NCBI GenBank assembly: GCA_964016885.1
Contig: OZ024750.1
Location: forward strand, 8,308,001-8,372,000
DNA: 64,000 nucleotides
Source of the DNA: Eledone cirrhosa
Taxonomy: Eukaryota
Reading direction: 5' to 3'
Shown here: positions 28,713-42,520 of the stretch, one piece after another
Numbering within the stretch: the stretch's first letter is position 1
Layout of the letters: each line of letters starts with the position of its first letter
Program-made: the position numbers and the translations under genes
Notes under the pieces: model-generated
The model's input: only the letters and a program-made list of their open reading frames with translations
The model's database searches: none
What the model was told of the DNA's origin: nothing

Positions 28713-28978
28713 TTTTACGTCCGCTTCTCCCCTGCTTGCAAGGGTGGGACGGGAACTGATTCTGGCTTGATTTACAGTGAGTGCTGGGTGCTTTTTTGCC
28801 GTGGCACCTCCACGACCACTTTGCAGTGGAATGATCTCATTTCTACAGCTGAGGAAACTGGAGCAATGTGAAATAAAGTGTCTTGCTCAAGGAAACAACA
28901 TATCACCCGGTCTGAGAATTGAACTCACAACTTTTCGATTGCAAGGCCAATGCTCTAACCACTAAGCCATGTGCCTCC
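28713..28978 (-). mobile_element. SINE family B copy (internally deleted)
   Basis: Reverse complement similarity to 11012-11340. Confidence 0.8.
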
Positions 28979-29218
28979 ATATATATATATATAATATATA
29001 TATATGTCAGGGATAAGCGGACATAAAATGATGAAAAAAAAAATGACGTGTGTGTGTACATATATATGTGTGTATATATATATATATATATACGTGTGTA
29101 TATATATATATATAGTGTGTGTGTGTGTATATATATAGTGTGTGTATATATATAGTGTGTGTATATATATAGTGTGTGTATATATATAGTGTGTGTGTAT
29201 ATATAGTGTGTATATATG

Positions 29219-29296
<78 letters not shown>

Positions 29297-29314
29297 TATG
29301 TGTGTATATATATA

Positions 29315-29368
<54 letters not shown>

Positions 29369-30289
29369 TCTATATATATGTGTATATATATACATACATA
29401 TGAATGTGTTGCTATGTTTCAATGATATGTTCTTATTTGATTGCTAGCTTTTTTTTCTTTTCTTTTATAACTAGTGTACTCTACTCTCTTGATGCTTTCA
29501 TTCCTGTGATAAATTGATTGCTGTCAAGAGATATTTTGTATTCTAAGTTGGTGAAGCACAGATTAGATTCTTATATCACCTGGTTAAAGTTAGAGTAAGT
29601 GACCACCATTGACTTTCTGTCACCAAACATAGTAACACCTATTGATAAATAATTAGTAAATGATTTAGATTTATATCAGGTCAATGTTTGAAATCAATGG
29701 CGTAAATTATTTATTCTCAATATTCTAGGCAGAACTACAAATAAATTAGTGTTATAAGTAAATTTATAACATTATTCAGGCTTTTCTCAATCAATCATCT
29801 CTACTACTTTCTTCACTCCTATTGTGTCTTCTTCTCCAAGGCTCAATATTAAATCATTCAGTCCTTCTTCTCTAGAAGGCCTCCACTCCACCCCTCTGGA
29901 GTGTCCGCCATATACATGAGTTACTTGCAGTGTACAACTTCCAACTGTTCAAGAGGAACATCAACCACAATACAGAGAGTCTGCAAATGACATGAGCTGA
30001 GCTCAACATATTTCACCAGACTAAACTATTTTAAAACATTTCTTTTAAATGTTAAATAATTAAAGATTACGATAATTAATTTTTCTTATCATTATCATCA
30101 ACATCATGATCATCATTTAGCAGCCATTTTTCCCTACTAACAAGAGCTGACTGGGTTATCAAGAGTTAAGTCAGTATTTACTCAGTGCTACTGACCTCTT
30201 GGATGGGCTGGTGGGAGCTGTATCTTTCTTACATACATTCCTACCCTCTACAGAGTGCATCAGGTGCATTTTAGCTTTCTCTAGAACCA

Positions 30290-30737
30290 CAAATACCAGA
30301 TGACGAGTCTTCTGCAGTGGTTTCACAAGGAAGAAGGTATCAACACTCCTATCTTGCATAAAGTTGAACTGCATCTCAACTAACTCGATCTGTGTTGTGC
30401 TATATCCTTTTCAGTAGCTTTCATGACCATTAACTTAATGTCTCTCTAGTTAGCTCTTTTTAGTATACCCTCTTTGACCTTGTATTAGTTTACAAGGATA
30501 CTGTTCCACCAGTCATTTGGTATTACTTGTTTAATTAAGCATCTGATTAGCTCATAACCTACCAATATTGTATGCTTTTAGCATCTCGGCTACCATACTA
30601 GATGGTCCAGCTGCTTTCCTTACTTTCATATCTTTAATCGCTTTGTCTATCACACTGCTCTCAACTCTTATGGCTGGTCCTTCAGTTGGGTCTACATGTA
30701 ATAAGCCATCACTCTCCCATTTATATGTGGAGGGCAT
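30290..30737 (-). mobile_element. Decayed RTE LINE reverse transcriptase fragment
   Basis: VDPTEGPAIRVESSVIDKAIKDMKVRKAAGPSSMVAEMLKA aligns by eye with [41 protein letters not shown] of the intact copy; MQFNF...VFVVLEKA further downstream; frameshifted. Confidence 0.8.
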
Positions 30738-32321
30738 AACTGAGTCATTCTATTTAGTTTGTATAAATGGTTTAAGTATATTTATATGTATGAACAACCA
30801 GCTACAAGGCAAAAGGGAAGGCCAGTAACATTTGTGTGGAGTTAATTTAGCCCGTAGGTATTATCTTTACAGTTAATTTGGTAAATAAATATATACATAT
30901 ATACTAGGTCAGATCACAATGGAACCGAACTCCCACTGTCACTGCCTCCATCTCTCCCTATTATAAGCAAATGGAGGCCCACACGCTGGTCGCCCAGCAG
31001 CCCAGCGGACAGAATAGAGAAGCTGGTTTAAGTTGTTATTTACATTCTTTATTGTTTGAATTTAGTTCTGAATCTGAATGATCCAGACTTTAAGACAATT
31101 GAAATAGGAATGTTGAGATCATTAGATAGGGGTCTGATCATGGTCACTTATGGAGGTTTCAGGTACCGAATACTTTATTTTTGTGTGTGTTGTGAGGTTT
31201 TCAATATTGCATGTTCAGAAGTATCAGTCATTGATATAATTTCTATGTTCATGCTATAATATAGGAATAACAATAACTAAGCTTTTCATTTTACCATGAC
31301 TCCAATTTCTAATATACAACAAATCCATTATGTAGCCAAACTTTTACCTTGATCTCCTAATTTCATTGTGAAGTAAGCACAATAAACTCTTTCAACAAAG
31401 TCTTTTATATCAGTTCTTTGCTTTTTAGCAATATATACAACACCTATATAGTAAAATATGTCTTACCTATTGATGCAGTCTTTTGAAGCTATTATTAAAA
31501 CTATAAAGTGAATTTATGATTTATAGATATAAATCATTCACTTTTACCTGAAAAATAAAATAAAACATAAATTATATTATCTGAAGTTGGTATTATATAT
31601 GGCATTTTAAGTTGACAAAATATACATTAAAAATCATTTATTACATGTTATCAGTTAATGGGATGAGTGTTCAAAGAATATATCAACAATGGAAAAATAT
31701 GGAAAAGAATCGTTTATTAATAGCTTTACAAATGTGGATGATAAGGGAAAATGGATATTATTTTTGAATTTGGCTCATAATATAGTTGTTGATTCACTTC
31801 TCTAAATTGATGTAGTCTAGTTTTCTTCATCCTTAGTTCACCAGAACTTCAAATAAATTGGTGTAATAGAAATGTAAATGTACCGCATTATTATATATAT
31901 ATGTATCGCATTATTATATATGTGCCAAAAGTAGAAACAATTATATATATAGAATAATAATTGTTTTTACTTTTTGGCACAAGGCCAGCAAATACCCAGT
32001 GCATTACTGGTACTTTATTTTACTTCTAGCAGGTCCTATCAGAAGTAACTGTCCCGAACTTGTCCGGCTGGATCCCCCAAGCGAGACCAGCCAAGCTCCT
32101 GGATGTTATCCAGCCATCTTGCTCGGGGTCTACCCCTGGGTCTCCTGCCTGTTGGTTTTGTCATGGGTTGGATGGGGTCGGAATATTGTTAGCAGAAACA
32201 TTTGTATATAAAGTAAATGAGGTAGTTAGCAAAAATGCTAAAACAAATGATTGTCAATTATCAGAGTCTATTTAAAATATTTACAGTGAATATTATGATT
32301 AATTTGCACTTTTCTTGATAG

Positions 32322-32536
32322 GTCTTGTTACGAGGGTAAATACATTTGACCTGGGTATAGAACAACAACAGCGCCGAAAAATTTGTGATGCAATTGCAGC
32401 AGCTAGCATTGTGCATAATTGTGCAGGTGTTGATACAACTCAGAACCGGTTCATGGGAGTTCAACAGTTTCAACACTTCTTGGAAGACTATCAAGAAGAA
32501 AGCATTGATAATGAAAGAATTTATCAGTTGATTCAG
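32322..32536 (+). CDS. PLCE1: PLC epsilon exon (EF-hand region)
   Basis: gatag acceptor (phase 1, matches previous exon), CAG|gtctgt donor; RKICDAIAAASIVHNCAGVD...FLEDYQEE. Confidence 0.9.
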
Positions 32537-33065
32537 GTCTGTAAATTTATTGAGATTTTTTATTCTTATTGTCATAAATTTCTTTTTCTACTTTTTCTTT
32601 GCCTACTTATTCCTGAGAGGGTCATGGGGGCAGAGTCCTCAAACAGTCCTTCCATAGAAGAAAAAAACCTGGCTCAAAATTGAAAAGTTAGATTTGGAAG
32701 AATAGCTCATGATAGTATTACCTTCTATGTGATAATTAAACATTACCTGTTCTCAACAGATTGAATACCCTGAACCACTAATGCTAACCAAGGTTAACTA
32801 TGGGTGCATACATACATTATAGGAATCAAATCCATTTCATGGTGGCTGCTAGACAATAGAAAGATCTGAATGCAGAACACAACAAGCCAGAACCAATATT
32901 GCAAGGCAGCTCATCTAGCAGTCTAATTAATACATCAACCTACCACCTTAGATATGTACTTGATTTATCAACCCTGAAAGGATGAAAGATAAACTTGACT
33001 TGACCAAGATTTGAACTTAAAGTGTAAAGACCCAGACAAAATATCACAAAGAATTTAAATAAATA

Positions 33066-33165
33066 CAGTGTGTCCCAAAAATATATATACACACTTTGAT
33101 CACCTGTACAGGCAATATTTATTAGAATACTGTTGAAGTGTGTATACATTTTGGGGGACACCCTG
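33066..33165. mobile_element. Tc1/mariner-type MITE, 100 bp
   Basis: TA|CAGTGTGTCCCAAAAATATATATACACACTT ... AAGTGTGTATACATTTTGGGGGACACCCTG|TA: imperfect ~30-bp terminal inverted repeats with TA target duplication. Confidence 0.75.
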
Positions 33166-33313
33166 TACATGAACTACATAAATAGATATATAAAATTTAA
33201 AGTAAAAACATATGCCAGAAAAACTTTTCAAAATATGTTGTATAACTTGAAAAATGGTTATTTTAAGGAAGAAAAAGCTTTTGTATAATTTTTTTTTTAC
33301 TTCTCATTAAAAG

Positions 33314-33436
33314 CTGCATGAACCTAATCCAATTCCACGAGAACATGGATATCTCTCATTTGAAGGCTTTGCCAGGTACCTCATGGATAAAGAGAACTAT
33401 GCATATATAAATGAAAAATTAAAGTGCCGAAAAGAG
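33314..33436 (+). CDS. PLCE1: PLC epsilon exon (last EF-hand)
   Basis: aaag acceptor, GAG|gtaaga donor, 123 nt; LHEPNPIPREHGYLSFEGFARYLMDKENYAY, the classic PLC LSFEGFxxYL motif. Confidence 0.92.
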
Positions 33437-33565
33437 GTAAGATTCAATAAATCATGTTTCATAATTAAGAAAATATTTCTTTTTTTTACAATCTGGTGTA
33501 GTTTATATGAAAAATTGTGATGTATGCTATAGTGAATGCATAAAGACAGCCAACGAAAGAAAGCC

Positions 33566-33646
<81 letters not shown>

Positions 33647-33924
33647 GAGTCAGGACCCTGACGGCTGAGCTCCGGCCATTTCGACAACTAGATCCAAACA
33701 GTTTGGATCTAGCTGTTGAAATGGCCGGAGCTCAGCCATCAGGGTCCTGACTCTTTTCATATTACCCACTCTACTACCCTAAGTCTCAAGTACTCTGAAG
33801 CATTATGGTCCACCTGATTTCTTACCACACTTTCTTTGTTTTATATATATATATATGGCAATACATAATGTTCAACTTGCTATGAGCAAAAAATACCTGA
33901 TGATAGTGGTATAGGTCCTTCAAT

Positions 33925-34243
33925 TATTGTCACTCCATCGGTTACGACGAAGTGTTCCAGGTGATCCAATCAACAGAACAGCCTGCTAATTAATGTGCAA
34001 GTAGCTGAGCATTCCAAAGATACACGTACCCTTAACATAGTTCTCAGGGAGATTCAGCAAGGCGCAGAATGTGACAAGGCTGGCCCTTCAAATTATAAGT
34101 ACAAAACATTTTTCCCAGCTGAGTGGACTGAACTAATCTGAAATAAAGTGTCTTGCTCAAGGACACAATGCACTGCCAGGAATCAAACTCATCATAACCT
34201 TACAATTATGAACCAAATACCCTAACCACTAAGCCACACACCT
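33925..34243 (-). mobile_element. tRNA-headed SINE, related family
   Basis: Ends in ctaaccactaagccaca (reverse complement of the A box) and shares gaaataaagtgtcttgctcaagga; decayed relatives near 3920-4150, 5400-5490, 48940-49070 and 49280-49390. Confidence 0.65.
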
Positions 34244-34351
34244 TCTCATGTCCTTCAATAATCTATATGAAAATATTATTCTTTAACTTGATCGTATATA
34301 ACAGTTGAAGTTGAACTAATTCTAAATTATTTCTGTTTGAATCTGTCCCAG

Positions 34352-34456
34352 GATATGGATCATCCATTGTCACATTACTATATAGCATCTTCTCATAACA
34401 CATACCTAACTGGTCACCAACTCAAAGGAGAATCTTCAGTGGAACTCTATAGTCAA
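34352..34456 (+). CDS. PLCE1: PLC epsilon exon, start of PI-PLC X box
   Basis: cccag acceptor, CAA|gtaaga donor; [35 protein letters not shown] contains the catalytic SSHNTYL motif. Confidence 0.97.
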
Positions 34457-34829
34457 GTAAGAAAACATTGCTTTCTTTCCTGTCTATTATTTAATTACTC
34501 TATTATGTGTTTCAGCTAGATATAAGAGAAGTATATCAAGGATGAAGAGTGAGATTTGAGGATGTCTCTCTCTCACACATACACACACATGTCATCCTCA
34601 TCATCATCATCATCACCCTTTTATGTCCATTCTTCCATGCTAGCGTGGGCTTAGACGGGTTGTCTTGTTGTGGGCAATGCCAGGTCGGGTGACCATGAAT
34701 TGTGGGCAATGCCAGGTCGGGTGACCAAGCCAGAATTAGCTCATACAGAGCTAATTCTGGCTTGATTTCTACAGCTGGATGCATTTCATAACACCAACCT
34801 CATTTACAGTGAGTGCTGGGTGATTTATA

Positions 34830-34860
<31 letters not shown>

Positions 34861-35027
34861 CATCATCATCATCATTGATTAATGTCCAATTTCCACACAC
34901 ACACACACATATATATATATATCATCATCATCATCAATTAACGGTCATTTTCCATGCTAGCATTGGTGGGATGGGCTGTCACTTTGTGAGAGATCAGGTC
35001 AGATAGTATAATAGATGCACAAACACA

Positions 35028-35227
35028 TCAGTAGAGGGTTGGATGCCATACTTTCTAGCATAGTTACCTCCCTTTACGGTCTGAGTTCAAATCCCGTCGA
35101 GGTTAACTTTGCCTCTCATCCTTACGGGGTCGATAAAATAAAGTACCAGTAATGTACTGGGTGATTGCTGACCTTGTGCCAAAAGTAGAAACAATTATCA
35201 TTTCATGTCAACTTTTTTTTCCACCAT

Positions 35228-35265
<38 letters not shown>

Positions 35266-35349
35266 TATATATATTATATATATATCTACAGTAATATATA
35301 TAGATATAGTAATAATAAATATACAAAGACCAGAGAGGACTTGATAAGG

Positions 35350-35393
<44 letters not shown>

Positions 35394-35714
35394 TATATAT
35401 AAACTCAAAGATCAAATGTTTATTATTAGCACAGATGAAAAATTTAAGCAAACAATTTCTACCTTTGCACTAAATTGTTTGCTTAAACTTTTAATCTCTG
35501 TTAATAATAAATGAATATAATTATTATCATCTGGCAGTATCGGTAGAGGGTCGGACGCCTTGCTTTGATGCATAGAGTTACGGCCCTTGCCATTCTGAGT
35601 TCAAATCCCTCCGAGGTTAACTTTGCCTTTCATCTTTACGTGGTCGATAAAATAAAGTACCAGTAATGAACTGGGTAATTGCTGGCCTTGTGCCAATAGT
35701 AGAAACAATTATTA
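35028..35714 (+). mobile_element. Two SINE family A copies (35028-35198 and 35531-35714)
   Basis: Both match the consensus. Confidence 0.8.
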
Positions 35715-35757
35715 TCATGATCATCACCAGTTAATGTCCATTTTCCTTGATTATATG

Positions 35758-35795
<38 letters not shown>

Positions 35796-36216
35796 AAAGA
35801 ATAGAGGTGTAACACACAAGTTATTATATATTGGTAAACGGAATAGAAAATGCTGACAAATTGTTCACAGTTGAAAAATGGTTTAATTAGGAATAAAAGA
35901 GTATTAGTGATTGTATGGGTTAGTATTCAGTTGTGGTTTTAAGTTTTTAAGTTTTTACCGGTTGCGCATTTCTAAATGCTTTTCAAAAATAATTTTGAGA
36001 TAGAGTGTCCGTGCTGTTTGCTCTGATCTGAGCAAAACCACAACTGAATACTAACCCATACAATCACTAATACTCTTTTATTCCTAATTAAACCATTTTT
36101 CAACTGTGAACAATTTGTCAGCATTTTCTATTCCGTTTACCAATATATATATATATATATAGTTAAGGGTGAAAACAGCGGTTCTTTGCTTCAACTTTAA
36201 TCTGTTATTTTGATAA

Positions 36217-36256
<40 letters not shown>

Positions 36257-36847
36257 GGTATATATTAAGTGAGAAACTCAAAATAGTCGCTTACAATTAA
36301 ATAGCTCAAGGAAAATATTTTTCTGGGCGGTGTAATATAATTGAATATAAAAGAGAGATAAACACAGATATATACATATATGTGTTCGCTAGGGTGGAAA
36401 AAATACTATGAACAATAGGGTTTACCAGAACCAATTTAAAAGAATAAATTAAGAAAAAGAATACAAACCGAAATGATGACAACTATCAAACACCCAGACA
36501 TCTTTTGGTAATGCTGTTTCGCAATTTAGTAAAAGGGAATTACTAATTCTATTGCTCTTCAGTGGGTGTGGAATTAGTAAACCCTTCACCTCTAAGTATC
36601 TCAGAAGACTGAATGGTGTGCGTATATAAAATAACGTACATGGCATCCAGAGCCCAGCGTGTCTCGTAAACCATATGCTACTAAAAATAGGAGCCAAGTT
36701 CACTCGACATTTAAAGTAGCTCTACAAATTCAAGGAGCCAAATTTATCAAAGGTATATATTGAGTTAGAAACTCAACATAGTCTCTTACAAGCGAATCTG
36801 GTCCCCTACGATTTAAACACATATATGTATATATCAGTGTTTATCTC

Positions 36848-36878
<31 letters not shown>

Positions 36879-37603
36879 ATGATTGTGATGATGATGATGA
36901 TTATGGTGATGTATATCATCATCATCATCATTATTATCATCATTTTAAGTTTGTTTTTTCATACTGGCATGTGTTGGAATAAGTCAGCACTTAATTGGAG
37001 TCACCAATTCTTTGTTAGTTTTAACTTGGTTTCAAGACAATCAGAAACTGAAAAGTACACTCCTAACATCACATGTTGTATGAGTTTGCAAATTCAGTTT
37101 TGGCATTTTCATAAAACAAAGCCACTTGCCTACTACTTATAGCTTTGAATATAGCCACCCTGGAGAAGTATAACATAAGTGACTTTCAACAAGGAACGAG
37201 GACAAACAAATGTCACATCCTTAAGGTATAGGTTCAAAATTGTTAGGATTCTCAGATGAGAATTCTGTTTCATAATTGCTAACCTTTCACTGACAAATTC
37301 AATTATTTTCAATGGTTTATATATATATATATATATATATAATATAATAATACAAGGCCAATTTGTTAAGCCTTCATTACGTTTATTGATTGGTGATGCG
37401 CGTTTCGCTATTGATCAGCTCAAGGTTTGATCTGTATCAATCTGGCCCAACTCTGGAATCAAAAGCTCATTGGACCTCTGCTGTTGTAATGACAGAATGA
37501 GCTTACAGTAACTTCATGTTACACTCCCTGGATATATATATATATATTTTCATTGTTTTGAAATGAACATATGATTGCATTCACGAGTTTTGTTTTAAAT
37601 AAT

Positions 37604-37790
37604 AATTGTATCTACTTTTGGCACAAGGCCAGCAATTATCCCACCGCATTTCTGGTCCTTTATTTTGTCGACCCCATAAGGATGAAAGGCAAAGTTAACC
37701 TCAGTGGGATTTGTACTCAGAATGGCAAGGGCCGTAACTCTATGTGTCAAAGCATGGCATCCGACCCTCTACCGATACTGCCAATCCTCC
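37604..37790 (-). mobile_element. SINE family A copy
   Basis: Reverse complement of the consensus. Confidence 0.85.
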
Positions 37791-37927
37791 GTTTTTGTTT
37801 TAAATAATAATAATATTCGATTTATTTGCATCGATATAAAGCTCACGAATGCATTTACATATCCACTATGTTAGAGCTAAAAACCAAATTCTTATTTTAA
37901 ATGTATGGTTATTTTCTCTTTCTTCAG

Positions 37928-38035
37928 ATACTCCTAATGGGTTGCCGTTGTGTAGAACTTGACTGTTGGGATGGAGATGATGGCATGCCTATTATATATC
38001 ATGGACACACACTCACTACAAAGATCTCATTTAAG
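37928..38035 (+). CDS. PLCE1: PLC epsilon exon, X box
   Basis: cttcag acceptor, AAG|gtatta donor, 108 nt; [36 protein letters not shown]. Confidence 0.97.
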
Positions 38036-41000
38036 GTATTATTTTTTTGAAAAAACACAAAATCAAAAATTCTACAAACTGGACATAATTTGTTCTTGTA
38101 TTATTTTATCTTTATTATGTGGAAAGTAATATATATATAAGAAGGCTAAACAATGCAAAATGGAAGGTAAGATGAAGGCAACAAAAAAGTTAGTTACCTG
38201 GTTATTTATTTTTTTTTTTTTTGGTTGTTTCTTTCCTTTTTTTCTTTATTATAAAGCATATCCATTAATGTTATAGATTTAATGTAATGTGGTCAGAGTA
38301 AAGGTAGAATATCGGATTATAGATTATGTTTTTAAGTCAATGCTAAAATACTTAATGTCCTGAACCAAAATATCTTAATTAGTTATACATAAACTGGCAG
38401 CAAGGAGAATAAAAGAGAAAGGATTAGTTTAATGAGTAATTCTGGTCAAGAATGACAGGGGAGACAATTGTAGCTATGTGAATATATAAATAATTTAATT
38501 CTTTTGATACAAACTTGCCCCAAAATAAGTGATTGTTGTATGAAACAAAACCACATGTTTTAAAACGTTCCAAATAAAATTAATATCTTTCAGCATAATT
38601 ATATATGATAACCTTTTATTAAATTATGTTACAAATAACATCTTAATAATGAATAAATTAATAATTTTAGCAAATCCTTCCTAAGTCTTCATTAACTAAT
38701 TGAAATACAGAGTATTATATTAGAAATATGATCACAAAAGGGGTTAATTATAGTGCAGGATTAAATACAGTGCAGTATATATTTACATCTCTTTACATTC
38801 TGAATATGTATTTTCTCTCAGAGTCAATCATGTTTTTAATTATTCCAGACTTAATGAAAGAAGTGCCATTCATATGCTGGTGTTATTTTTTTTTACAAAT
38901 ATGTCACTTTATGTCAAATTTAAGAAACAATGATTTTAAATTAGTGTATTGTGATTAAGTCTTTTGGAGTGAGCAGCTATGTAGAAGCTTTCTCATTTAA
39001 TCTTGCCATCTGAGGCCTTACCTATTTCTCATTGGCTAAAGCGTAACAAAAGAGAAAGTCTCTTGAGATGTTGAAACTGCATCTTTGTCTTAACCCTTTA
39101 TTATTTAAGCTGGCCATATCTGATCAAACTTCTCTCACTTCTTTCTGTTCAAAATGGAACTGGGCTGGACATGTGGTACAAACAAATTTCAACAGATGGC
39201 TTTTCTATACATAGTTATGTATAAAATAGCGACTAAGGTTTACCATAATCGAGGAAGATAAAGAATAATAGTGTGTGTGTGTCTGCTCACACCTATGCAG
39301 GTTTAGCTGGTCTCCTGCAAGGTATATCTCATTGGAGGTGACTTGGGTAATTTAATGATAGGGACCCCAGTCCTATCATCTCATTTCTACAGCTGAGTAA
39401 ACTGGAGCAATGTGAAATAAAGTGTCTTGCTCAAATAATAATAGGACGAGGTAAAATCAATATGTCTATGGATGCCACCTGAATGAGAGCAGCAGATGAT
39501 ATGGGAGTTTTTTTACTTAGCATTGGACAGATAATGGCTGAGAAAAATGCAAATTATACACAAACACAAACACACAACACATACATACTAGTGTGTTATG
39601 TCTTCTTATATTCCATAACCAAGCAGTTTGTCTATTACATAATAACAGATGTTTAAAATAGAAATTCTCTGATATCTTAATTCAATTTTTCTCATTTCCT
39701 TAAGTTGTAGGTCGGAAATTTCCCCAGGATACTAAACTACATTTAAATATATCTACTACTGTTGCCTTTAATTTGATTTGACCATTTTTCTGCTTTATGA
39801 TAATTTCTAGGCTTATCCTTAGGTGATACATTTTAAAGTTATTCTCAAGAAATTGTAAAATCGTCTTGCAAATACAAAGTAATTTTCCATTAATATGAAA
39901 AAGTTTTGTTAAACAAACATATCTAGTATTAAATTAGATTTATTTTCTGCTTTATTTATCTAAGCAGTGAAATCTTTGTATTTAATAGGTTTTGTATAAA
40001 ATACATATAATAAACGCATGTTCATTAATAAAGCACAGATAAATTATATATAATTCAGATATTGCAATGAATTATGTTCAAATTCACAATACTAAAAATC
40101 TATATATTTTTCAATATATGGAAATTTTGTTTGGTGTCAAATATTTTTATGTGATACTACACTGATTGATTAGAGTGATCAATGTTTAAAACTAACTTCT
40201 ATTATTGAATTTCATAGTAATAGAAATATTTCTATTATAACTATTTATAACTTTCTTTATATTTATGACTTAGTCAGTCAACATGCTTTGCAGCATAGAG
40301 TTTATGCCCCTTTATGTTGTCGTCAAATCCCCACCAAGGTTAGCTTTGTCTTTCATCCTTATTGGGTTGATAAAATAAAGTACCAGTCATGTACTGGGGT
40401 CAATTTAATCGATTTTCCCCTCCCCAAAATTGCTAGCCTTGTGCCTATATAAGAAACCATTATTTTATAACAGCAATTATTGTGTGAGCTTTCTTTTAAT
40501 GTATCTATCTGTTGAAATATATTTTTAAATACTGTCTTCAGTGAATTTCATTTCACAAATATAAATGTGAAAATCATCAATTTTTACTTATTGATCATGT
40601 TTTTCTATCTATAACCATAGGCAGCTGCAGAACTTTATATATATCATTATTTAATCATTAATTATTCTAATACTTTAGTAGTTAGTAATAAATATGTATT
40701 TTCTTAAAAGTAGTTCTGCTATTTAGAGACATATTGGCTGAAAGGCATTAAGATTTCATATCATACTTGAAGATTTCATATCACACTTTCAGTTATACAC
40801 TTTGTATTTTGGAAAATACATTTAATTCTGCTTGCTCAGTGATTTTTATCCTAATTATAATTTTATAGACAAAATGAAATGAGATATTCTTAATAATTTA
40901 ATCATGGAGAAAAAAGTAATGCCTCCAAAGACGTGGCCAATATGCTTGCAATGAAGTGGCCTCTGATGAAAGTCCTGAAAGACCATTTGGTGGTGTTAAA

Positions 41001-41983
41001 CCAGGCAACATATTATGTCTACCACCCAAGGCTTTTCATCACTGCATTTCTAACGAAAGACATTGCTTTTGATTTTCAAATAATTTTGAAAATAATCAAG
41101 AATTTGGAATGATTTAGTAATATGAATAACTTTCTTATTATTAAGTTGCTGTTTGGAACACAACTTAAAGAATTTCACATAAAATTATGATTGAATATTT
41201 TGAGAAATAGAAACACTTTAAAATAAATAGCTTTATATCATAGAACAAGGGACAGTTTCAGGCAGTTGACTATCGAAAGGGTTAGCATTCAAAGAGCTGG
41301 AATAAATACCTCAAGCCATCTTGTCCAATGCTCTAACAATTCTGACATTTTGTTGTCGTGGAGTTGTGCTTAGTTTATCAGCTCCCAAAGAATGTAAGAC
41401 AAAGTTGACCTTGGTAGGATTTTAACTCATGGCAGAGAGAGCCAGAAAAAATATCTCATGGCTGCCAGTTTGCTAACTAAAAAATAAATAGTTTTTTAAT
41501 GTTAATTTTTATAAATAAATGACATCTTAACATTCTGATTGTTGTTTAATTAATAAATATTTGGAGTTGATTATTTACAGTATCTAGCTTGGTTTAAGTG
41601 AACATTTTCACTGGTGTATGATACATAACTTAAGAAAGCTTCTTACATAAAATTATGATGGAAGAGTTTTAGATAAATATATAAACTTTAAAATACATTT
41701 GAAGAGGTTTCAGGTTGTTTGGTATGAAAAGGGTTAAATCAAAAGCATTCCATCATAATTTCCTGTAAGAACATTTTGTTCAGTAACATTCCTAACACCA
41801 GCTTAATAATAAATTATTTTATTAAATCACTTCAAACTCTTAATTGGTTTCAAATATGGTTCAAATATGGTTCAAATATATAAGTGAATCTCTTTAGAAA
41901 TATAGTAACAAAAGTGTTAAATTAAATTCTACAAATACTAAAATGATAAATGAGTCTTCTATTCTTTTTCTCACTTTATACAG

Positions 41984-42100
41984 GCAGTTGTAGAAGCTAT
42001 CAACAGAGCAGCATTTGTTAATTCCCCATATCCAATAATCTTGTCCATAGAAAACCATTGCTCAATACCACAACAACAAAAGATGGCACAAATATTTGTT
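41984..42100 (+). CDS. PLCE1: PLC epsilon exon, X box
   Basis: tacag acceptor, GTT|gtaagt donor, 117 nt; [39 protein letters not shown]. Confidence 0.97.
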
Positions 42101-42139
42101 GTAAGTATTTTATAGCAACTACAATGGATGAGTATTCAT

Positions 42140-42270
42140 TTCGTTCTATTTTCTCATTCATTTTGTCCTATTTTCTCATTCATTTTGTCCTATTTTCTCA
42201 TTCATTTTGTCCTATTTTCTCATTCATTTTGTTCTATTTCCTCATTCATTTCGTCCTATATTCTCATTTA
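42140..42270. repeat. 22-bp tandem repeat
   Basis: tattttctcattcattttgtcc, about 5-6 copies. Confidence 0.85.
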
Positions 42271-42337
42271 TTTGTTTTTATTTCTATTGTTTTTGTTTTT
42301 TTTTACATTGATTGTGGTTTTGAAAACTTAACCTAAA

Positions 42338-42520
42338 TAGAGGAGGCCAAACTCTCCAAGTACTGGTAGATCTCCAACAGGTTTGCGGTTGTGCCCTTGG
42401 CAGTGGAGACTTCTAGTGTTCTTGGCCCTAGGGCTACCTCCCTACTCACCTCCGTAGGCACTGAGCTGGCCAGCCACAGGTGTGAGCCTCGCGAGATGGT
42501 ATGGCTCTTCCAGCTCTTAC
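42338..42520 (+). mobile_element. Fragment of a restriction-like endonuclease non-LTR retrotransposon (CRE-like C-terminus)
   Basis: GC-rich island; EEAKLSKYW*ISNRFAVVPLAVETSSVLGPRATSLLTSVGTELASHRCEPREMVWLFQ resembles the K..KY / PxAVET.G..G / PRE..WLFQ pattern recalled for CRE-type elements. Confidence 0.6.
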
